64,000 nt of DNA, taken from positions 32,001-96,000 of the IMG/VR virus record IMGVR_UViG_3300032289_002472; one strand, 5' to 3'. A program made the position numbers and the translations under genes. Of the stretch, positions 57,649-64,000 are shown one piece after another. This DNA comes from a virus. The notes below the pieces were generated by a model, which worked only from the letters and a program-made list of their open reading frames with translations, searched no databases and was not told the DNA's origin. How positions within the stretch are numbered: the stretch's first letter is position 1; the number at the start of each line of letters is the position of its first letter.

Positions 57649-59158
57649 GATCTAGGCTCACCTCAATTCTGCGAGTCTCCGAACCACTCGGAGGACTCAG
57701 TGTGTTAAATAAGACCAATAATTTTTGAGCTTTTTCTGGGCAGGCAGATTGTATAAAGCTAATTTTGCCACGTATACTTTCAAGAGAACTCTGATAATTC
57801 AGCAAACTCTTATGTTTAGTGGTGGCACTATTCAGGCTTAATATTTCTTTTCTGACTGCTTCTATGTATCTGGAAGACACAGTGGGTTTACCGGAGTTTA
57901 TGATATACCCGACAATGTCCATTCTACCACCAGTACCCAAGATCCTTGTTTTCTTGTTATTAAGCTCAAAGCCATGGTTTTTAATAATCCCTTGGATAGA
58001 AGAAATAAATATATTTATTCGTTTCTTCCCCATGCGTTCTGTCCATGTGAATGACATGTCGTCCGCATAGCGGGAATATATTGCCCCATGCTTTTGCGCA
58101 AATCCAGTCAACCTATAGTCCATTCTTTTAACGGCAATGTTACTTAGTGTTGGACTGGTTGGAGATCCTTGCGGTAGAAATCTGTGGCCTGGTTTTATCT
58201 GACTTCCTAAATTTAATAGGTCTTTAAAAGCATCAAAAACAGATGATTTATCTATCCATTTGTTTTTAATGGCTATCTCTATGATCCAACAAATATATTT
58301 TGAGAGAAAAGATTTAAAAACAGTACTACTTGTAAGTACCGAATTACCTCTCATATACACCGGAAGCTGAGCTACCATTTGTTGACTAAAAAAATTGTGT
58401 ACGTAATTCCAACTTAAAAGAGAAAAACATGCATCAACCATCAGTTTGATGGCATTTTTTTGTGTAAATAGAATGGTTGAATTATGTAAAATATATTTTG
58501 TATTATCTTTGTCAAAGCCATGAGCTGACAGAGCATTAGTTAGATCACTGCTCAAAACACTTCCGAAAAAGTTTTTAATGTCTAGGTTCACTAACAATTC
58601 TATTTTTTTTTCGTGACCCAATAAATGAAAATTAGCACAGTCAAAAGCAGACCTATTTATTGCAAATCCAAATGCGCTTGAATGTACATTAATATAGCTT
58701 AGGTCTCTTTGTATCTTAGACTGAACGGCTTTTAGCTCATTAAAAGGAGCTAAAATTATCCTGCAATTTTCAGTTTGCTCTTTTGCTTTAGATAAAAATC
58801 CAAATACACTAGAACAAATTTCATACAATTCTTTTTCAGTAGTTTTGTTTTTATCTGCCTTTAGCGCTTTGCTTAGTTTTTGTCTAAACGAAACAAACAG
58901 CTTTTCGGCAATGTGTTTATCTATCTTTTCTTTTTCATAGACATTTGTCGTTAAGTCTCTTTTGGCTAGCTCCTCTATCCTCCATATTGAATACAGAGAA
59001 TTGTTAAGATGGGAAACAAACCTTGGATAAAAACTTTTGCCAACGAACAAAGATCCTATCAATAGCTCAGACAAAGATGTGGGAGACGCTGTGCGTCTCC
59101 CACTCTTGGGCAAAGAAAAAACCCTATAATTTAAGTTGTTTTCATTATGCGTCGACAT
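57641..59158 (-). CDS. Retron-type reverse transcriptase with two large insertions
   Basis: YRVFSLPKSGRR...RIILAP..LKAVQ, SAFGF, SAFDCANFH (region X-like), LDIKNFFGS, LPQGSPTSPTLSN, YSRYADD, GFELNNKKT, IVGYIIN (region Y-like). Confidence 0.92.
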   Translation of the reverse strand: MSTHNENNLNYRVFSLPKSGRRTASPTSLSELLIGSLFVGKSFYPRFVSHLNNSLYSIWRIEELAKRDLTTNVYEKEKIDKHIAEKLFVSFRQKLSKALKADKNKTTEKELYEICSSVFGFLSKAKEQTENCRIILAPFNELKAVQSKIQRDLSYINVHSSAFGFAINRSAFDCANFHLLGHEKKIELLVNLDIKNFFGSVLSSDLTNALSAHGFDKDNTKYILHNSTILFTQKNAIKLMVDACFSLLSWNYVHNFFSQQMVAQLPVYMRGNSVLTSSTVFKSFLSKYICWIIEIAIKNKWIDKSSVFDAFKDLLNLGSQIKPGHRFLPQGSPTSPTLSNIAVKRMDYRLTGFAQKHGAIYSRYADDMSFTWTERMGKKRINIFISSIQGIIKNHGFELNNKKTRILGTGGRMDIVGYIINSGKPTVSSRYIEAVRKEILSLNSATTKHKSLLNYQSSLESIRGKISFIQSACPEKAQKLLVLFNTLSPPSGSETRRIEVSLDHE

Positions 59159-60158
59159 TGAGAAGGCGTGTTACAGTTGAGGTTACTTCATCCCCGTCAT
59201 CCTCCTCGACATCACTGGTCATGATGGCTCGCTTGAAGACAAGGAGCTCTTCTGGATTTTTCTCAATTTCGTTCACTTCATTTCTAAGGCTGCGAACCAA
59301 GTCACTTAATTTAGACTCGATATCTGTCTCATCAACATCCTCTTTTTTCCAGCTGGAAATAGAAGTAAGAGACCTTTCGGCTCCGCTTAAGATATTGTTG
59401 ATCTCAGGGTCGGCAAATAAGTTAAGTTGCTTTAATTGATTCATTCTCTGCGTAAAAGCATTAACTGCTTTTATGTTAACGGTATTTTTTCCGTTTTTGA
59501 TCGCAGAAACAATAGACTCAGTAGCATCAATGATGTGGCGACGAATTTGTAATCCTGATTGATAGATAAGTTCCGTAGAACGTTCTATCAATTTAGATTT
59601 AGCGTCAGCCGCAATTTCGGCTATTTCAGTGTGAGACCAAGAATATGGAGTCCAAGCATAAGAAAACTTTCCGTGCAGCTCTCTCACCGTTGGATACAAT
59701 GTATTCATTGTTCCAGCATGATCGGGATATCTTGCATCAAACTTTTCTATCTGCTCTTTGATGAGGCTTGGGTATTTTTCTAGGAATCTATCTCTTTGTT
59801 TAAAGAATTCTGTCTTCTCAGACTCTACGAAGTTTTTGATACTTTCATAAGCATTCTTTGGCACAAACCTAGACCCACGCATTCCAGGTACCGGATAAGA
59901 AAATCGATCCATGGCTGTGTTTAGCCTAGAACGATACCTTCTAAAGGGACGAGTATGAATTGGAGGAATAAGCCACTTGAACCCTGGAGCATAAATATCG
60001 TTGTCGATATCTGCATTCAATACTTCAACATCTTGAGAGGTTTGATGAACTTTTCCCTCCCAAAAGCCTATTGTTACGTTTATTAATGCTCCTTGCTTAA
60101 AGATATCTGTAGACAGCTTTTGTGCCCAGGGCAATTCAGATACGTTTGTTTTATCCAT
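59145..60158 (-). CDS. DUF3150-like protein, coupled to the RT
   Basis: GALINVTIGFW, G.K.LIPP, RFVPK; helical C-terminal half; overlaps the RT start. Confidence 0.6.
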   Translation of the reverse strand: MDKTNVSELPWAQKLSTDIFKQGALINVTIGFWEGKVHQTSQDVEVLNADIDNDIYAPGFKWLIPPIHTRPFRRYRSRLNTAMDRFSYPVPGMRGSRFVPKNAYESIKNFVESEKTEFFKQRDRFLEKYPSLIKEQIEKFDARYPDHAGTMNTLYPTVRELHGKFSYAWTPYSWSHTEIAEIAADAKSKLIERSTELIYQSGLQIRRHIIDATESIVSAIKNGKNTVNIKAVNAFTQRMNQLKQLNLFADPEINNILSGAERSLTSISSWKKEDVDETDIESKLSDLVRSLRNEVNEIEKNPEELLVFKRAIMTSDVEEDDGDEVTSTVTRLLNVDA

Positions 60159-60588
60159 CTTTTTTTGTTGTATGTAAATTTTTTGAAGCTTGATTAAGAA
60201 ATTCCGTAAAAGCTACAAACTTTCTGATTTCAGGAGGAATTACCCCATAAACATTTTTTTTGTGGGTCATTTGCTCAACAGGAGATTTCTTTTCCTGAAG
60301 TCTGCGCATGGCGATTTTTCTCATTTTTCCTTGTAAGTCTAAGCCTATAACGAAATCTTTCCCTTGGCCTTTAAAATGATCCACTGGCTTTTTAGAAGCA
60401 CGACTGAGTTTTTTCTTTTTCTCAGTTAAGGATCTTTTAACGCCCCTTAATTTATCGGGGTTTAATTGGGAAAACATTTTAATGATTTCATAGTTGTCAT
60501 TGACTTCATTTTGTATGAATACATTGACGACTTCACACAATATTCTTTGATTTTCTTTTTTGCTTAGTTTTTTAATTTTTTGTTTCAT
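60151..60588 (-). CDS. Basic hypothetical protein
   Basis: Coupled ORF. Confidence 0.6.
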   Translation of the reverse strand: MKQKIKKLSKKENQRILCEVVNVFIQNEVNDNYEIIKMFSQLNPDKLRGVKRSLTEKKKKLSRASKKPVDHFKGQGKDFVIGLDLQGKMRKIAMRRLQEKKSPVEQMTHKKNVYGVIPPEIRKFVAFTEFLNQASKNLHTTKKDG

Positions 60589-60871
60589 ATGGTTTTATGT
60601 CCTTTCCTTGAAAAAGCATTTCTTGAACTATCCTTGCTTCTTCGTTTAGTACGTCTTCACGTTTTTTGCCCGTAGCGATTATTTCTCCCGTCTTAATTAG
60701 TTTCGCTACCCACTGTTGATTTTCGTTATCAAACTCTACATCAGTAACACGATTTACCACCATCTTACCGATCAACTTTCCATCACGATCAAAAACGTCG
60801 TCATGGTAAATGGAAGATATGGTTCCATCAGGCAGAAAAACTACAGAACGTTGGTTATTTTTTTTATCCAT
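60572..60871 (-). CDS. Conserved hypothetical protein
   Basis: PDGTISSIY.D, R.TDVEFD..QQW.A, REDVL.EE. Confidence 0.6.
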   Translation of the reverse strand: MDKKNNQRSVVFLPDGTISSIYHDDVFDRDGKLIGKMVVNRVTDVEFDNENQQWVAKLIKTGEIIATGKKREDVLNEEARIVQEMLFQGKDIKPYETKN

Positions 60872-61061
60872 TTAGTTTGATGTCTGAACCACAAGATGCA
60901 CCTTCGTAAAGCTCAGGCTTTTCTTGATAGTCGATAGTATTTGAATAAATTTTTTCAAACACTTTGGTTGCATCCTTACAGCTTTCACCTTTGAATCCTT
61001 CAGCTTCGATAGAAGCCTCTCCTTTTTGTGTAATTGTGATTTTTACGATTTTTTCGCTCAT
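60864..61061 (-). CDS. DUF2997-like protein
   Basis: ITITQKGEASIEAEGFKGESCKDATK..E, KPELY; start MSEKI at 61061. Confidence 0.75.
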   Translation of the reverse strand: MSEKIVKITITQKGEASIEAEGFKGESCKDATKVFEKIYSNTIDYQEKPELYEGASCGSDIKLNG

Positions 61062-61100
61062 AAAAGAAAAAGGGGGAAGACAGTTTCCTGCCTTCCCCCT
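61062..61100 (-). terminator. Intrinsic terminator or attenuator
   Basis: ggggaag / cttcccc stem plus TTTTTCTTTT on the minus strand. Confidence 0.55.
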
Positions 61101-61117
61101 CATTGTGGTAGAAGTTT

Positions 61118-61504
61118 CTAAATTTTAACTTTCAGTTCGATATTGCCATTAGAGGGATTTACTCTTTCTCCAATGATTTCATATCCTTTTTCTCTAGCAA
61201 TCTTGCGATGCATTTCAATTTGATAAGCTTGACTTAGCTTTCCGGCGTTGTTGCCGACAATTTCCCTAAGTCTAGAATCATAAAGATCTGCTTGAATTTC
61301 ATAATTGTTGCCCTTTTTGAGGACGGCAATTTCATATGTACTCTCATTAGAAGAGATGACTGCATCACACTGGAGGTTTTGCCCAGCATAATACTTAGCC
61401 TGCTTTTTATTGAGGTCCAATTTAAGTCCTATTCTTTTGCATGCCTTTTCCAAGACCTTAAGGTCTGTGATTTCTGGCATACTCATTACTACCATATGTG
61501 ACAT
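61118..61504 (-). CDS. DUF1257-like protein
   Basis: MSH...ITDLKVLEKACKRIG, Y.I.AD, LSQAY, G.IEL. Confidence 0.75.
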   Translation of the reverse strand: MSHMVVMSMPEITDLKVLEKACKRIGLKLDLNKKQAKYYAGQNLQCDAVISSNESTYEIAVLKKGNNYEIQADLYDSRLREIVGNNAGKLSQAYQIEMHRKIAREKGYEIIGERVNPSNGNIELKVKI

Positions 61505-61671
61505 ATTAGTTTTTGCAGATTTCTGCTATCTCCTGTTGAATTTCTTTTTTTGTTTTTAGCCTATAATATCCCTTTGGTTTTTCGACAACCATTCCTTCGG
61601 AAATGAAATAATCTAAGACCGCTTGGATATCTTGACGTTGTTCTTGATCTTCTTTTGAAGAACTTAATTTA

Positions 61672-63408
61672 TTAAATTTCCGACTCATCTATTGATATCT
61701 TTCTTCCAGTCTCTATCTTACCCGAGACATTGAGAATTGGGGTAGACTTAGGCTTAGGCTTAGTCGCACTATCGTCATCTTTGTTTGCCATCATGACTTT
61801 ATGGCTTTTAGCCCAATCATAGAGGCTTTTCGCCTCTTCAGGATTGAGCTCTGCCATAATTTTAACATCATCAATCGCGGCAACAAGATGCTTGCTCTGA
61901 ATTGGAAACTTTTTTCCGAATCCAAGTTCTTTGCCTTTCCTTATCAACCCTTCAATAACAATTTGCTCTATTTCAGATCCAGTTCGATGTGGTGTCTTTT
62001 GAGCTAGGGTAGTGATATCTAATTTATATTCGTTTGGATCCCATCCCCTCTTTTTGAGGTGAATAGAGAATATTTCTTCACGTTGAGACAGTCCAGGTAA
62101 TCCAACATACATAACTTCATCAAACCTGCCCTTACGAAGAGCGGGAGCGGGAATATTTTGTATGTTGTTTGTGGTAGCTACGACGAACACGTCACTTTTT
62201 TTGGATTGGGTCCAGGTAAGCCATGTTCCGTACATTCGTTGGAATGTACCACCGTCAGTTACACTTCCGTTAGCTCCAGCAAATAGTTTCTCGAACTCGT
62301 CGACAAAGAGAATACAAGGAGACTGTGCTTCGGCATCTTTGAGCGCTTTTATAAGCTTTCCCTCAGACTCACCAAGTAGACTGCCCATGCATGCACCAAT
62401 GTCTAAGCGTAATACTGTGCGGTCCCACTCTTTTCCAAGAGCTTGTGCCACCCAACTTTTTCCTGTACCACCAGGGCCGACAACACACAAACCTTTGGGT
62501 AGGTCGATTCCATCTTCTCTTGCCTCATGCTTGAATATAAGGGATCGATCCTTAGCCCAATCTTTTAGGTTTTCCATGCCACCGACTTGGTCCATTCCCC
62601 AGCTGCAATCAACGATTTGAAGAACGCCAGATTTTTGAATTAATCTAGATTTCTCACGTCGTATGACCTCATTCTTAAAAGTACGATTACTTTCTTCTGG
62701 TTTTTTAAGATAGTCCAAAATGTTTTCTCTGTTTGCCAAAGACAAGACATTCTCAGCCTGTAACTGTGTTAGACCTGTAAGCTGCTGAGCAATAACATCC
62801 AATTCATCTTCTGTAAGAGACATCTTAGGAATGTTTTCTCCGACAATAGATGTTTGACTACCCTTAGCGATAGACTTCATCTTTTTTACATCGGGAAGCT
62901 TATGCTCAACGTATGTAACAATATGTTCCAACTCAATTGGAATGTCTGGATGGTGATTAACAAATACAATACTCTTGCCTTGTTGTATAAGGCTAGGCAT
63001 TGAATTCTTAATACACCTCGTTAGACGGGCATTGGTATGCTTGATTTTGCTTGGATCCGTCATATAGAACGGAGCATCCAACATAATCATCACAGACTTT
63101 TGTGGAAAGCCATGCTCATTAATATCCCAGGTTGACTGTCCATCAATTACAAACTCCTCAAACTTATAATTTGAGTTTTTTGTGAAAAGTTGTATTGCGT
63201 CAACTGGAGAATCAATCTCTATTAATTGATTATCTTTGCGTTCAATGTCTGCTATTTGATTGGTAGCATCATAAACGTAAACTTTATTTCTCATTCTTTT
63301 AGACAGAAGAATGCTCGACTCTTCGTTGAGCAACCTGTCCTCTTCAATGCTGTAAACCCAAATAATCGGTATGCCTGAGGAAATGAATTCCCTAAGTATT
63401 GATGCCAT
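61672..63408 (-). CDS. Ycf46-like AAA+ ATPase
   Basis: Degenerate first domain (EEDR); VGGMENLK.W, GPGGTGKS, GESE, FVDEFEK, ATTN, RKGRFD. Confidence 0.9.
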   Translation of the reverse strand: MASILREFISSGIPIIWVYSIEEDRLLNEESSILLSKRMRNKVYVYDATNQIADIERKDNQLIEIDSPVDAIQLFTKNSNYKFEEFVIDGQSTWDINEHGFPQKSVMIMLDAPFYMTDPSKIKHTNARLTRCIKNSMPSLIQQGKSIVFVNHHPDIPIELEHIVTYVEHKLPDVKKMKSIAKGSQTSIVGENIPKMSLTEDELDVIAQQLTGLTQLQAENVLSLANRENILDYLKKPEESNRTFKNEVIRREKSRLIQKSGVLQIVDCSWGMDQVGGMENLKDWAKDRSLIFKHEAREDGIDLPKGLCVVGPGGTGKSWVAQALGKEWDRTVLRLDIGACMGSLLGESEGKLIKALKDAEAQSPCILFVDEFEKLFAGANGSVTDGGTFQRMYGTWLTWTQSKKSDVFVVATTNNIQNIPAPALRKGRFDEVMYVGLPGLSQREEIFSIHLKKRGWDPNEYKLDITTLAQKTPHRTGSEIEQIVIEGLIRKGKELGFGKKFPIQSKHLVAAIDDVKIMAELNPEEAKSLYDWAKSHKVMMANKDDDSATKPKPKSTPILNVSGKIETGRKISIDESEI

Positions 63409-63410
63409 TT

Positions 63411-63803
63411 TTATTGTGCTTGTCTTGGTTCAAAATGTCCGTCTTCAAAAATTTGCATAGATCTGTTTTTGAATACTCCAGCTGTCCTAGAAAATTCTAG
63501 GGCTGCGAGCATAGTAGATTTAGCATTGTTTAGCGCTAATTCATTTGCCTCTTCTTCAGACGACTTTTGTGTAGGAATTTGATAGAAGGGAAAAGTGCAA
63601 CTAAATTTGTCGTCAACAATTACAGTTAGAGCAGCAAAAGATATTTTGCCTGCCATGATTTCTCGCGCTATTGCGGGTGAAATTGCGGCAGCCAGTCTGC
63701 CAGCAATCTGTCCCTGAGGTGATGCATTTTCCAGACCAGGCGGTAAATTACCATCCGCTGGAATATTAGTTTCTTCGTTGTTTGATTCTTTTTCTTTTGC
63801 CAT
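63411..63803 (-). CDS. Hypothetical protein
   Basis: ORF in the operon direction. Confidence 0.6.
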   Translation of the reverse strand: MAKEKESNNEETNIPADGNLPPGLENASPQGQIAGRLAAAISPAIAREIMAGKISFAALTVIVDDKFSCTFPFYQIPTQKSSEEEANELALNNAKSTMLAALEFSRTAGVFKNRSMQIFEDGHFEPRQAQ

Positions 63804-63807
63804 AATT

Positions 63808-64000
63808 TTATTTTTCGTATCCGTGATCGATGTTTTTTGCGTTTCTTAGGGCGCTAGTTGCTAGCTTATCGCATTCTTCGTTTTCGTAGTGTCCAAAATG
63901 CCCCCTAATCCAATACAGTTCAATTTTGTGTTTTTTGTACAAATGCAAAAACTTTTTCCATAAATCAGAGTTTTTAACTCCGATAAAGTTTGTCTTTACC
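63808..64000 (-). CDS. rnhA: Ribonuclease HI (3' part; 5' end beyond the window)
   Basis: Manual translation: VKNSDLWKKF...WIRGHFGHYENEECDKLA...GYEK*. Confidence 0.9.
   Translation of the reverse strand, partial: VKTNFIGVKNSDLWKKFLHLYKKHKIELYWIRGHFGHYENEECDKLATSALRNAKNIDHGYEK

Noticed and set aside
57641-59158. Group II intron or DGR assignment for the RT
   Set aside because: No flanking intron RNA or domain V, no maturase or endonuclease domain, no TR/VR pair or Avd seen; the QG and X/Y-like motifs fit retron-type RTs better.
1-64000. Alternative genetic code
   Set aside because: Long conserved genes are intact in the standard code and all three stop codons end genes.

Overview
This 64-kb window is part of a large, AT-rich (roughly 35-40% GC by eye) dsDNA bacteriophage genome, probably a jumbo phage. 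Almost all genes are on the minus strand and their leaders lack Shine-Dalgarno motifs. Left to right: (1) two paralogous RTNLGLG-repeat fibre-like proteins with signal peptides; (2) a dense run of small accessory genes (2OG-Fe(II) oxygenase, phosphoesterase, YopX, SET) containing three non-coding 9+9+9+9-nt dual-repeat arrays with TIGR (tandem interspaced guide RNA) architecture and no recognisable Tas effector in the window; (3) an RNA island with seven tRNAs (all U34 anticodons), an RNA ligase, phosphoesterases, a 78-nt tmRNA-like RNA with no mRNA domain, and two candidate structured ncRNAs; (4) a ubiquitin-like conjugation operon (Ubl, E2, E1/ThiF, JAB and unknown genes); (5) a replication/recombination block (RuvC-like, RecA, ThyX, SSB-like, DnaE split inside its PHP domain, primase, DnaB, SF2 helicase, SbcCD) interrupted by a ~590-nt GC-rich, heavily base-paired island; (6) a retron-type reverse transcriptase with two large insertions and no flanking space for an ncRNA, coupled to a DUF3150/DUF2997/DUF1257/Ycf46-like AAA+ module, with RNase HI at the right edge. 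All family calls come from reading motifs by eye; no database search or folding program was run.
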